64,000 nt of DNA from Parcubacteria group bacterium (GCA_041659685.1 JBAZXV010000004.1:70355-134354); one strand, 5' to 3'. Shown: positions 34,645-44,517, counted from the first letter of the stretch. Translations and numbers: made by a program. The notes: generated by a model not told the origin, from the letters alone.

Positions 34645-35250
34645 TTGTTTGATATGATTAAAGCCATTATATTCGATCTCTCGGAAGTATATTTGCGCGG
34701 CCTTTTGGGGACGCACGAAATATTGACAAAGAGGCTCAAGAAAAAAATTGAATCAACGGAACTTCTCACTAAGGATACAAAAAAATTTTTCGAGGGGAAG
34801 ATGACGGAAGATGAATTTTGGCGGACTCTTCGAAACAAGAGCAAATGGGATATCCGGGTGAAAGAGCTCAAAAAAATAGTCCGCATGAATTTCGGCGAAA
34901 TCGAGGGAACTCGGGAAATTATCGAAAAACTTAAGAAAAGGGGATACAAGCTTGGATTATTGTCGGTGCACACCAGGGAATGGGTTGCGCATTGTGAAAA
35001 AAGGTTTGATTACCACAGGCTTTTTCATTCAATAATGTATTCTTTCGAAGCGGCTGTCTGCAAGCCGGAAAGAAAAGCCTATGAGCTCATACTTGAGAAA
35101 ATAAATTCCGAGCCCGGGGACTGTCTTTTTATCGACGATAATCTGGAAAATCTCGTAGCGGCGGAAAAATTAGGGATAAAAACCATTCATTTCAAATCAG
35201 CCGTCCAGCTGAAAAGAGATTTAAAGAAGATGGGCGTAAAAATCAAGTAA
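34645..35250 (+). CDS. HAD-superfamily hydrolase
   Basis: Motif I IIFDLSEV and motifs III/IV …FIDDNLENL…. Confidence 0.65.
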   Translation: MFDMIKAIIFDLSEVYLRGLLGTHEILTKRLKKKIESTELLTKDTKKFFEGKMTEDEFWRTLRNKSKWDIRVKELKKIVRMNFGEIEGTREIIEKLKKRGYKLGLLSVHTREWVAHCEKRFDYHRLFHSIMYSFEAAVCKPERKAYELILEKINSEPGDCLFIDDNLENLVAAEKLGIKTIHFKSAVQLKRDLKKMGVKIK

Positions 35251-35398
35251 AATCTTTATCCGCCTTAGCGTAAAATCACAAGAAGTTCAAGTTCGGGGGT
35301 TTCGTTTTCTGTTGAAAACAGGGGATTGCCGGTTGCTAAAATGAAAAAGGGACAGCTTGCGGGCCGCCCCTTTTTTTGACAGTTTCAGCTCCCTTGAA

Positions 35399-36232
35399 TT
35401 AGTGTGTGTAAAATCGCACGCTCAAAAGAGCCGTCAAGATCATGGCGATTCCGCCGTCCATCCATACGAACTTTGGAGCCACGTTAACCCCTTGCAAAGA
35501 TTTGATGGCAAACCAGGCAAGCCATCCCGTCCCTCCTAAGAATAAAATCCAGACAATTGCTGATTGAGGCGCATACTTCAGTGAATATAAAAACATACAT
35601 ATAGCCACAATCAGTGCTCCTCCTCCAATTTTCGTGGTTGCGATGATGCCAAGCTTCATAACCATAGTAAATCTCTCCCCCTTGTTGGCCTCGCGATCAA
35701 CTGTATCCTTAAACACCTCGCGAGTGAGGTATGTAAAGAATGCAGCGATAATCACAGGAATCACAATAGGGTTGAGGTGATGACCCGAGAACCATCCCAT
35801 CAGTAATGGCGTTATGCACACCAAAGCAATTGAGATATTCTTCCAGGGCCAATATTGGTCCAGGAATTTGGCATACAAAAACATAATCGTGACCGCATTC
35901 AAAATTGCGATTATGATGCAGGCCGCCGGCAAAAAGACCGCAGAAATCAGTATTGAGATCGCGAAACCGACTGCTCCGGCGCAAAGCACCTGCCTCGGAT
36001 TTTTTATGTATACCGGATCCCAATGCTTCTTGGCATAAACCTTTCGGCAACGGCCGTAGTGCCATACGCTTGCGCCCCAAATTGAAAAAAACATTGATAT
36101 ACCCGCCGCCGCCTTTGTCATTGTGAACCAAGCTGGGCCGTCGGAAAGTAATGCAATGATGTAGGAGGCAAAACCCCCCAAAGCGCACTGAGTCAATCTG
36201 GATATTTTTCTCCAGTATTTAAATGTACTCAC
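35399..36232 (-). CDS. Polytopic membrane protein, possibly a UbiA-family prenyltransferase
   Basis: 277 aa, ~8 TM; a D-x-x-D-x-E-A-N stretch (FKDTVDREAN) resembles a UbiA Asp-rich motif. Confidence 0.35.
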   Translation of the reverse strand: MSTFKYWRKISRLTQCALGGFASYIIALLSDGPAWFTMTKAAAGISMFFSIWGASVWHYGRCRKVYAKKHWDPVYIKNPRQVLCAGAVGFAISILISAVFLPAACIIIAILNAVTIMFLYAKFLDQYWPWKNISIALVCITPLLMGWFSGHHLNPIVIPVIIAAFFTYLTREVFKDTVDREANKGERFTMVMKLGIIATTKIGGGALIVAICMFLYSLKYAPQSAIVWILFLGGTGWLAWFAIKSLQGVNVAPKFVWMDGGIAMILTALLSVRFYTH

Positions 36233-36448
36233 GGAATTCCCCCCTTATTTTCATTGGTGTCTTAGTCTTTGTTTAGCGAAATTATTGCGGCATGTCAATC
36301 TTTTTGTTCTTTATCATATACCTACGGGGGAAATTTATGGCTCTGTTCCGGGAAATTCCATCCAAAACCGAAAAATATTTTGCGTCCGGAATTAATTTCC
36401 GTTGTATTAACAAACAGGACGCAGGGCCTGAATCAAAAACGGATTTTG

Positions 36449-36457
36449 TGCTATAAT
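36449..36457 (+). promoter_or_regulatory. Extended -10 promoter element TGCTATAAT upstream of the DUF4012-like gene
   Basis: TGnTATAAT consensus ~70 nt upstream of the ATG at 36525. Confidence 0.4.
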
Positions 36458-36524
36458 CCAAAAGTAAAAATAAACGCTTCACTCGACAATAAAAATCGGT
36501 AGTCAAAAAGAATCAAATGTTTTT

Positions 36525-37955
36525 ATGGAGGATCAATCTCATTCCGGGAAGGACAGGAACATAATAAAAATAATAAAGAGGTATCTTACCCTTAAAATAA
36601 CATTAGCCATTATTCTGGCAGTGGCGATCACAGGAACCGCTTTTCTTTTTTTGTATGCCAAAAATCACAAGGGGATGATCGGAGTGAAAGCGCTTTCGGC
36701 CATAAGTTCGATTTCCAAATTCCTGCCGATTCCTCAAGACGAACAGAAGGAAATTGATGTGCTTAACGAACTGGTCGGAGAATTTTCGAAAAACGACGAC
36801 AAAGAGAGGGTTTTTCTCGTTCTCCTTCAGAATAATATGGAATTGCGCCCCGGAGGGGGATTCCTCGGCCAGTATGCCGTCATAAAGATAAAAAACAGAG
36901 AGGTGACATCAACATTTCTTGAAGATGCCAACCTGCTTGACCGGAGAATTACCGCCAAGGTTGCTCCCCCTTATCCGCTGAAGCGAATGATGCAAATAAA
37001 GAGATGGAAGTTCAGGGACTCGAATTTTTCGCCTGATTTTCCGGCCAACGCCGAAAAGGCCAAATATTTTCTTGGTCTTGGCGGGCAAGCCGGAAAATTC
37101 GACGGCGTGATTGCCGTTAATGCCCAGGTCTTCAATGATATACTTGCAATTACCGGGCCTGTTTCCGTCCCCGGCTATTCCCAGACATTTACCGGTTCAG
37201 ACGGAGCCTTGAAGCTTGAAGAACTGGTGGAGAAGCAATATATTATTGATCCGGAGCTCGACACTGAGAATCGGAAAATGATAATGAAAAAAATGGCGCC
37301 CATAATAATTTCCAAATTGACCGCTCTCAATAATATTCCCAAAATTGCTAATTTTGTTCACTCCGAATTCAAAAATAGGAATATCATGGTTAATTTCGAA
37401 GATTCAAATCTCCAGTCGCTTGCCGAAAGCGTTCATTGGGACGGAAGCGTGGCGGATGACTGGGGATCGGACTATTTGATGACGGTTGACGCCAACATGG
37501 GATCCCTGAAGACTGATTATTATATTAAACGGGAAATCTCCTACGATGTTGATTTTACGGCGCAAAAACCGATTGTGACTCTTCATATCCTGTATAAAAA
37601 TACGGCATCTCAGGCTGACTGGCGCACGAGCGATTATCATACTTATCTTCGCGTTTATGCGCCGGAAGGATCAAATCTTCTTGAAAAGAAGATGGCATCC
37701 AGTCTGACTGACGGAAACGAGTTCGGGAAAAAATATTTCGGTTTCATTGTGCATGCCACGATTGCGAATCAGACTGACGTGATGATAAAATATGAACTGC
37801 CGGAGCAGCTAAACAATGCTGATTACCGCCTGCTCATTCAGAAGCAATCCGGAGCCGGGGATGTGCCGGTCAAGGTTCATTTGAAAACGGAAAACGGGGA
37901 ATTTAACCAGGAGCAGACACTGAGCAGTGATCTGAAATTCCAGTTTGAGAATTAG
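36525..37955 (+). CDS. Membrane-anchored DUF4012-like protein
   Basis: N-terminal TM, then …NNMELRPGGGFLGQYAV…, which resembles the DUF4012 core motif. Confidence 0.5.
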   Translation: MEDQSHSGKDRNIIKIIKRYLTLKITLAIILAVAITGTAFLFLYAKNHKGMIGVKALSAISSISKFLPIPQDEQKEIDVLNELVGEFSKNDDKERVFLVLLQNNMELRPGGGFLGQYAVIKIKNREVTSTFLEDANLLDRRITAKVAPPYPLKRMMQIKRWKFRDSNFSPDFPANAEKAKYFLGLGGQAGKFDGVIAVNAQVFNDILAITGPVSVPGYSQTFTGSDGALKLEELVEKQYIIDPELDTENRKMIMKKMAPIIISKLTALNNIPKIANFVHSEFKNRNIMVNFEDSNLQSLAESVHWDGSVADDWGSDYLMTVDANMGSLKTDYYIKREISYDVDFTAQKPIVTLHILYKNTASQADWRTSDYHTYLRVYAPEGSNLLEKKMASSLTDGNEFGKKYFGFIVHATIANQTDVMIKYELPEQLNNADYRLLIQKQSGAGDVPVKVHLKTENGEFNQEQTLSSDLKFQFEN

Positions 37956-38107
37956 CGCGGTGAAGATTCGGAAGAGAAAGAATAATAAGTTATCCAGAAC
38001 AATATTTATCCCCCTCTGCAGAAAACCATGAGCGTAAACTCGGGGAGCTCCATATTCAAAACAGCCGGATCCGGCTGGCTTATCGCGCAGATCAGCCGCC
38101 GGGTTTT

Positions 38108-38136
38108 TTGATTTTTTCTTCCGGAGACAGTATATT
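38108..38136 (+). promoter_or_regulatory. Consensus promoter TTGATT-N17-TATATT (family member 1), upstream of the patatin gene
   Basis: TTGATTttttcttccggagacagTATATTTTAG; shares an extended AGTATATTTTA block with three other sites. Confidence 0.5.
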
Positions 38137-38209
38137 TTAGTTAGGGAAGTGAAATTTTTCTGACTTAAAAAATCGGAAAAAATAAAAAATACAGCGAGGA
38201 GGACATTCG

Positions 38210-39031
38210 GTGACAAAAGCTCTGGTGGTTGGTTCGGGCGCTATGTTCGGCGCCTACGGCGCCGGAGTTACTGCCGAATTGGGCAGGCAATTGGGATCAG
38301 AATACTTTGATTCCATATATGCATCTTCAGTTGGTGTGTATGCCGCTTCTTTTTTTGCGGCCGGCCAGCATGAAGTTTGCGAGGAAACGTGGCGGCGGCA
38401 TGTTAACGGGCGAAAGCTCATCAATTTGTTTCGAATTCGGAACGCTTTGAAACTTCACTATCTCGAAAAGATCTTCCAGGACAGACGTTCTTTTTTGGAT
38501 ATTGATGCGTTATTTTGTTCCCGGGTCCGGCTCACTTATGTCTTAACGCGTTTGCAGGACGGAAAAGCTGTCTATCATATGCCGACTCATGCAAATATTT
38601 TTCGGTGCATGACAGCCTCTGCGGCGACGCCAATTCTCCACGGCGCCGTCAGGATTGGCAACGAAATGTTTTTTGACGGAGCTTTTAGCGATCCGCTTCC
38701 CGTCAAAAAGGCCCTTGAAGACGGTGCCGAACTGGTTGTTGCGGTCAGTAACAAACAGCAGGGATTCCGTATCGCAAGATCCTTTCAGGTGCTGGGGATC
38801 ATATGCAGAATCATATCAAAAACGGTATCCCGGCTCGTATGCGACTTTGAGGCTCTTGTGCGCGAAACGGAAGAGGCCTTGAATGATCCGCGCGTGATAG
38901 TTATTCGTCCATCGGCAGACCTGCCTCTCAGGAGCACGATCGACACCGACCGACGGCGTCTTAACGAAACCATTGATCTGGGTATCAAAGATGCCCGGTC
39001 AGCCCTTGAATTCATCAGAAATCACAAATAA
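38210..39031 (+). CDS. Patatin-like phospholipase
   Basis: Oxyanion Gly-rich loop (VVGSGAMFGAYGAGV), GxSxG-like nucleophile (YASSVG) and catalytic Asp (FFDGAF). Confidence 0.75.
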   Translation: MTKALVVGSGAMFGAYGAGVTAELGRQLGSEYFDSIYASSVGVYAASFFAAGQHEVCEETWRRHVNGRKLINLFRIRNALKLHYLEKIFQDRRSFLDIDALFCSRVRLTYVLTRLQDGKAVYHMPTHANIFRCMTASAATPILHGAVRIGNEMFFDGAFSDPLPVKKALEDGAELVVAVSNKQQGFRIARSFQVLGIICRIISKTVSRLVCDFEALVRETEEALNDPRVIVIRPSADLPLRSTIDTDRRRLNETIDLGIKDARSALEFIRNHK

Positions 39032-39165
39032 AGGACCCGGCTTTGCGCCCGGTCCTTTAAAAAAATCACTTAGACACCGAGTGTCTAAGTAGCGGCCAAT
39101 CGCCATTTGAAAAGCGGGCGGTGCTTGGAATCCTTGAGGATTCTTCGCAACGCGCCCGCTTTGAG
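39029..39165. terminator. Cluster of three strong hairpins between convergent genes, including a nested stem-in-stem element
   Basis: Hairpin 1 is AAAGGACCCGG…CCGGTCCTTT plus an A/T run; hairpin 2 is CTTAGACAC-CGA-GTGTCTAAG; hairpin 3 is AAAGCGGGCG…[GGAATCC-TTGA-GGATTC]…CGCCCGCTTT. Confidence 0.45.
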
Positions 39166-39178
39166 TTTAAGGTCGCTG

Positions 39179-39727
39179 TCAGACGGCTGATTTCGGCACC
39201 TCAGTCAGTCGGACCAATTGCTTGACAAAATCAACCTCATAAACCTGCCCCTCCGCAGACTTTAATTCCTTAATGAGTCCGGCATCCTTGAGGAGGTGAT
39301 TCGTGAATTCGCCACCGCCGAAGACAAGCAGCACTCGGGCAAGCTTAGAATCCGCAATTTTCAGCAACTCCCATAAATGAATCCAGGGGCTGAAGCATGT
39401 GGATTTGGTCAGTCCCAGGTACTCATTTCCCTGAACAAAGTCGCCCGAGGCGAGAATGCGGTCTTTGCTGTTCTTCAGGTTTGCGTCGGGAGCGCCAAGG
39501 AAGAGGGACGCCGTTCTGGTGATTCCCCCGGTGGTTCCGTAAAGATGCTCCTGGAAAAATTTGTAGACGGACAGGAATCTTTGACCGGTCCCATGGGCGA
39601 TGTGCACAAATTTAGTGCCGATGATGATGCGAAGCGGCACCAGTATCTCCCCAAGACGCTTCATGCCCTCTTCCGTCAAACCCGGGTCACCCTTCTCATA
39701 AAATCTGTCGGGGTGGGTGATAACCAA
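39179..39727 (-). CDS. Hypothetical protein; divergent histidine-phosphatase-fold-like paralogue of the 48180 gene
   Basis: LTEEGMKRLGEIL and VLLVFGGGEFTNHLL align with LSESGKKQAKELGK and VAIVAHQAPQLALDVLL of the 48180-48728 protein. The canonical RHG motif is absent. Confidence 0.3.
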   Translation of the reverse strand: MVITHPDRFYEKGDPGLTEEGMKRLGEILVPLRIIIGTKFVHIAHGTGQRFLSVYKFFQEHLYGTTGGITRTASLFLGAPDANLKNSKDRILASGDFVQGNEYLGLTKSTCFSPWIHLWELLKIADSKLARVLLVFGGGEFTNHLLKDAGLIKELKSAEGQVYEVDFVKQLVRLTEVPKSAV

Positions 39728-39883
39728 AACTAGCGGCAGTCCACGTTCTTTATATGATTTCCTTCAAAACTTGTTTCCTCCTTAAATTTACTAAAATATT
39801 GAAAAAGGTGCACTTTCGGGCACGATTGCCCTAAGCTTTATATTTTATCATATTTAAGATGATATGTCAATGACAACGTAATG

Positions 39884-39912
39884 TTGATTTATTCGCTTGA
39901 AAATAGTATATT
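39884..39912 (+). promoter_or_regulatory. Consensus promoter TTGATT-N17-TATATT (family member 2)
   Basis: TTGATTtattcgcttgaaaatagTATATTTTA; ~100 nt upstream of the 40011 gene. Confidence 0.5.
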
Positions 39913-40010
39913 TTAAATAGATGCAGGACGAGGTTGAATCTATGCCGAAGAAGTATTGCATGGTAATATGAGATTAAGTAAGATTCTTTTAATTTATTAA
40001 CAAAAAAACA

Positions 40011-40661
40011 ATGGAGGAAAAACAAAAAGGCCAATCCGGGCAAAAACCGGCTGAGCAAACTCCGGCAGGGCAACAGCCCCAAAAGAGCAGTAGCAGCAAC
40101 GTGATAGTAATCGTCATAGTGGTTATTGTCGTTTTTGGAATTGTAGCGCTTGCCGGCGGCTATTTCGTAGTGCGCAGCTTTAAAGCGAAGGTGTCCCAAA
40201 AGATCGGAGAAAATGTTATGGAAAAAATGATTGAAAAAGGCACGGGCCAAAAAGCAGACGTAAGCTCTGACGGAAAATCAGTCAGTGTTGAAACCGACTC
40301 GGGAACATTTTCCGCTTCCGATGAGGGCACCATCAAATTGCCGTCCGATTTTCCTTCCGATGTGTTTGTTTATGGAGATGCAAAAATAACCTTTGCCACT
40401 TCCACAGTGGCCAATCCGGCGGACGGGACCAAGGCCAGTTACATGATTGGATATATGGTGAATCAAAGCGTGAGCGACGCAGTGAATAAATACAGAAAGG
40501 AGATGGCCAAAAACGGCTGGATAAAGGAAACAGAGGCCGACTACGGAGCAATGATGATAAGCTTCAAAAAAGGCGATAGGGAAGCTTTGGTTACGATTTC
40601 CGAAAATCAGGACGGCCAAAAAGGCACAACGGGAGTTTCCTTGTCTGTTTCGGAAAATTAA
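40011..40661 (+). CDS. Membrane-anchored hypothetical protein (Q/P-rich N-terminus, single TM, extracytoplasmic domain)
   Basis: A hydrophobic stretch (NVIVIVIVVIVVFGIVALAGGYFVV) followed by a Ser/Thr-rich domain. Confidence 0.5.
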   Translation: MEEKQKGQSGQKPAEQTPAGQQPQKSSSSNVIVIVIVVIVVFGIVALAGGYFVVRSFKAKVSQKIGENVMEKMIEKGTGQKADVSSDGKSVSVETDSGTFSASDEGTIKLPSDFPSDVFVYGDAKITFATSTVANPADGTKASYMIGYMVNQSVSDAVNKYRKEMAKNGWIKETEADYGAMMISFKKGDREALVTISENQDGQKGTTGVSLSVSEN

Positions 40662-40744
40662 TTTCTGCCAATTCCAATCCCGCTTTTTAGGGAACAAATA
40701 AAAAATCACAACGAAAGGGCTGGGCAATGCGCCGGCCTTTTTTG

Positions 40745-40773
40745 TTGATTTTTCGGCCTGGAAATAGTATATT
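40745..40773 (+). promoter_or_regulatory. Consensus promoter TTGATT-N17-TATATT (family member 3)
   Basis: TTGATTtttcggcctggaaatagTATATTTTAG. A terminator-like hairpin lies just upstream (~40716-40745). Confidence 0.45.
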
Positions 40774-41053
40774 TTAGGTATAAATACGTATTTTGTTACG
40801 TAGCGCCGCGAAGCATAATTCAGCATTTTCCCACGGCCGTGTAATTTTGCTAAATTGTAAAACATCAAGTTAAAAGCTGTTTTCTGCTCGGTATTGGACG
40901 CTGACGGGAAACGCGTCCAAATCGTCCCCGGCAAATCCGTGGCGGAGGTTGAAGGGAGGATGTCTTAGGTTCCTTATTCACAAAAAAAATTCCTCCAATC
41001 CAGTTGTCTGGATAACTGGATAATCCGCTAAAATCCCGCCGGTAATAATCAAT

Positions 41054-41728
41054 GTGCAAACAATTATGAAAACATATCTCAAAGATTTTGAAAAAATGGC
41101 GAAGAGGGAGATTGCGTATATTCCTCTCGGCACTTTGGAATGGCACGGGAATCATCTGCCGATTGAAACGGATTATCTCGTCGCGGTGAAATTATGCGAG
41201 GGATTGGCAAAGAAGAAACCCGGTTATATTCTTCCGCCGATATATCTCGGAACGGATAAGCATAAATTTGTCAAAGGGCAAAAGTTTGTCGGCATGGATC
41301 GGCATCTTGGGAAAAAACTGCCCGGCAATTTATATTATCTAGAGCCAGCCCTTTTTGAAAAAATGCTGACGGGGCTCGTGAAAAATCTCATTGTTCACGG
41401 ATTCAAGAGAATATACGGCATCGCAGCCCACACCGGTGGCGGACAAATGGCGGCGCTCGCCAGAGTCGCGAAGAAGATTCCAGAGCTCAAAATCATAAAT
41501 CCTTGGGAAAATATTAGCATCGATATGCAGCACGCTGAAGAAAACGAAACTTCTGTTTTTTGGGCCTGCTATCCCGAAGAGGAAAAAATAAGCCGAAAAA
41601 TGAAAATTCCTCTCTCGGACGATTGTTTCCGATTTTACGGCCGCGATGTGCGGAGGAGAGCGTCGTTAAAGCTAGGAAAAAAAATGCTAAACGAAGCGTT
41701 GAGAGATTGTTTGGAGGAAATAAAATAA
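41054..41728 (+). CDS. Creatininase-family amidohydrolase
   Basis: …IAYIPLGTLEWHGNHLPIETD… matches the creatininase-family metal-binding motif. Confidence 0.7.
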   Translation: MQTIMKTYLKDFEKMAKREIAYIPLGTLEWHGNHLPIETDYLVAVKLCEGLAKKKPGYILPPIYLGTDKHKFVKGQKFVGMDRHLGKKLPGNLYYLEPALFEKMLTGLVKNLIVHGFKRIYGIAAHTGGGQMAALARVAKKIPELKIINPWENISIDMQHAEENETSVFWACYPEEEKISRKMKIPLSDDCFRFYGRDVRRRASLKLGKKMLNEALRDCLEEIK

Positions 41729-41746
41729 ATAATTCGGAATTATATA

Positions 41747-42241
41747 ATGTCAAAGCTGAATATCGTTGATGAAGACGACAACGTAATCGGAATAGAAGAT
41801 CGCAAAAAAGCGAAAAAAGAGAGCTTCTATCGCGTTTCGGCCCTTTGGGTCACCAATTCGCGCGGGGAAATTTTGCTCGCTCGCCGGCATCGAAGCAAAA
41901 CGCACGATCCTTTGAAATGGGGTCCGGCGGTTTCGGGGACTGTCGAAGCGGGGGAAAGTTATGAAGAAAATATTTTGAAAGAAGCGGAAGAAGAATTGGG
42001 TCTCAAGAATATCCATCCAAAAATCGGGCCGAAAATAAAAATGGAAGTTGAATATCATTATTTTGTCCAGTGGTTCACTTTGGGGATTGAAAAGGATGCC
42101 AGCGATTTCGAGATACAAGAAGACGAAGTCGTAGAGATTAAATGGTTTCCAAAAAAAGATTTAATTTCTGAATTGCAAAACAGTTCTGAAAACTTCACGC
42201 CGGGATTGCGCGCGGTCAGTAAATTATTTTTAGGGGAATAA
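41747..42241 (+). CDS. NUDIX hydrolase
   Basis: Nudix box GPAVSGTVEAGESYEENILKEAEEELGL. Confidence 0.8.
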   Translation: MSKLNIVDEDDNVIGIEDRKKAKKESFYRVSALWVTNSRGEILLARRHRSKTHDPLKWGPAVSGTVEAGESYEENILKEAEEELGLKNIHPKIGPKIKMEVEYHYFVQWFTLGIEKDASDFEIQEDEVVEIKWFPKKDLISELQNSSENFTPGLRAVSKLFLGE

Positions 42242-42246
42242 ATTTT

Positions 42247-43176
42247 ATGGCCACTATCGAAGATTCCGAAAAATTGAATGCTCGAAAAAAATCGCCCGAT
42301 GAGTTGCATCAGGAAAGAGTGAGATCGCCAAAATCGAGAGAACAAACAGGAAAACCTGAACCGTGGTCTGAGGCGGCGCTTGGAGCGGGAAAAATAACCG
42401 AGTCGCAACTCGAAATATATAATTTTGTCTATGACGAGCATGTAAAAATCAGTTTTCTCTTGCACGGGGACGCCGATCAAAGGCAAATGGACGACCGGGC
42501 GCTTCTCCGGCAGATATATACGCGGGCGGCGAAAAAATTTGGCGTCAGCGAAAAGGAGGCTGAAATGATATTTCTTCGACTTGAAAATTTTCGGGTGGAT
42601 TACCGTCCGCCGGTTCATAATGATTTCAGTCCGGAAGCGATCGAGCGCAATATGCCGAGGTATCTTGGATACTACCGGGAATGCAAAGAAGGTTTGATTA
42701 TCGGAGCGGCAATGAATAGAAACTATGCAGTATCATGGCGTCAGGAGCCATTCCAAGTGGGTTGCACAGCTTTGACGCTTGATGCCGACTTTCCTGACGA
42801 TCAGCCGGTGATTCACTACGGGGCGAATTTCAAGCCGACCAAGGATTGGACCAAGTATCATGAAAAACATTGCGCGGAGAGACACGCTATCGAAAGCGCG
42901 CTTGCGTATGACGTGAAATTGATTATTGCAATTGTAATCGTCTCAAGAGAACACGATAAAGGAGACGATGAAAACAAGCCGTCAGAAGTATTGCATTCAT
43001 GCCTCGCGTGCCGCAGAATGTATCGGGATTTACTGAAACGCGGTCTTTTGCGCGAGGATAGTATGATTTGTTTTGTGAATGATTCAGAAGTTGATGAGGA
43101 AGGCAAGCCGACGAAGATTCAGGAAATGACCGTCAAAGAACTTTTGGACTTATATAAAGACGATCCGGAAGATTAG
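42247..43176 (+). CDS. Protein with a C-terminal cytidine/deoxycytidylate-deaminase-fold zinc-binding domain (HAE…SCxxC) and a ~130-aa uncharacterised N-terminal region
   Basis: …HCAERHAIESA… (H-[AC]-E) and …LHSCLACRRM… (CxxC) are separated by ~45 aa, as in the CDA fold. Confidence 0.55.
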   Translation: MATIEDSEKLNARKKSPDELHQERVRSPKSREQTGKPEPWSEAALGAGKITESQLEIYNFVYDEHVKISFLLHGDADQRQMDDRALLRQIYTRAAKKFGVSEKEAEMIFLRLENFRVDYRPPVHNDFSPEAIERNMPRYLGYYRECKEGLIIGAAMNRNYAVSWRQEPFQVGCTALTLDADFPDDQPVIHYGANFKPTKDWTKYHEKHCAERHAIESALAYDVKLIIAIVIVSREHDKGDDENKPSEVLHSCLACRRMYRDLLKRGLLREDSMICFVNDSEVDEEGKPTKIQEMTVKELLDLYKDDPED

Positions 43177-43256
43177 GCGCGGAAGCAAGTGAAGGTTTTT
43201 AGGAATCGTAATGTTAGATAGAAAAGATTAAAGCCCCATCCATTCAGACGGGGCTT

Positions 43257-44447
43257 TTATTTACTTCCTTTCCTTGTAGCCGCAAAAGCAAAGCCTGCGA
43301 CAAGAAGCAGAAAAATGCCATTAGTACTCAGTGCCATAGAGCAACCGAAATTACTGGCCAAGCTTCCCATGGCAAAATGTCCCAGGGCCGTTCCTCCGTT
43401 TGTGGCCGCGATGAGTATTCCCGAAACCCTGCCTCGCATTTCCTGTCCGACTATTATTTGAATCAATATTTTTGCCGTCAGGGAACTGATTGCGAATCCC
43501 GCCCCGGACAAAAACAAGAGCCCGAAGCCGCTAATCAAACTGGGAACCAGCATGGGTAACAGGAAAAGAGAGATTCCGGCAAAAAAAGAACCGCCGGCGA
43601 TAAGGCACGGACTTAATTCTTTTTTAAGGACCAAAAAGGAGCCGACTCCAGACCCCAATCCCACGAAAGCAAAGAGCCATCCAAGCGTGCCGGGACCCGC
43701 GTTAAGCAGATCAACGGAAAAATTCGGCAGGATCGGCCGATAGGCAAATCCCGCTACAGCGATTAAAGCAGACAAAATCAGGTAAAGCCGGGTTTTTGGT
43801 TCGGTGGCCGAATATTTCATTCCGGACCAAAACATTTCAAACGGATTTGCGACCAAGGATCTTCGGCTTCTTTTCGCGATAATCATCGGCAAGGTGGCAA
43901 TAACTGCCAGAAAGGAGACGCCGTTGATCACAAATATCCAGCCGATGCCCGTAAAAGTTAATAAGAATCCGGCTATACCGGGTCCGATTACCTTTGCCAT
44001 CTGGCCAATGATGTTTGATATCGTCATTGCTGACTTGATTCGGCAGTTTCCGACTATTTCCGGAATAAATGCCATTCTGGCGGGTCTGTCAATAGCACTG
44101 GCGACTCCCAGAAAAAAAGCCAAAATGACAATGATCGGCAACGATGCTTTTTCTGTGATTACCAAAAATCCGAGCAGAAAAGCCTGGATCATTTGGGCTG
44201 ATTGGGTAATATACAAAATGTTCTTTTTCTTGAATTTATCCGCGATTATTCCCCCTAAACAAACCAGAAATGCGCTTGTTATCAGGGGGAGGCCGGATAC
44301 GATTCCCACCCAGAAAGATGAATGGGTTATCTTGAGAACCAGCCAGGTTAAGGCAACATATTGCAGCCATGATCCCGTGAAGGAAATGGCTTGGCCGGTC
44401 AGAAAAAGACGAAAATTCCGCGTGGCTATTTTTTTGTCCAAGAACAT
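43257..44447 (-). CDS. MFS transporter
   Basis: 396 aa, 12 predicted TM, MFS-like loop motifs. Confidence 0.75.
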   Translation of the reverse strand: MFLDKKIATRNFRLFLTGQAISFTGSWLQYVALTWLVLKITHSSFWVGIVSGLPLITSAFLVCLGGIIADKFKKKNILYITQSAQMIQAFLLGFLVITEKASLPIIVILAFFLGVASAIDRPARMAFIPEIVGNCRIKSAMTISNIIGQMAKVIGPGIAGFLLTFTGIGWIFVINGVSFLAVIATLPMIIAKRSRRSLVANPFEMFWSGMKYSATEPKTRLYLILSALIAVAGFAYRPILPNFSVDLLNAGPGTLGWLFAFVGLGSGVGSFLVLKKELSPCLIAGGSFFAGISLFLLPMLVPSLISGFGLLFLSGAGFAISSLTAKILIQIIVGQEMRGRVSGILIAATNGGTALGHFAMGSLASNFGCSMALSTNGIFLLLVAGFAFAATRKGSK

Positions 44448-44517
44448 TTCCTCCTTATGATATTTCCGGCATTTTTACCGGATACTATATGCTATATTAC
44501 AGTCCGTCTTGCGTCAA

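Noticed and set aside
40278-40934. 218-aa minus-strand ORF
   Set aside because: It overlaps the better-supported + strand gene 40011-40661 and extends into a spacer containing a promoter and a terminator. It has no domain and an unlikely composition.
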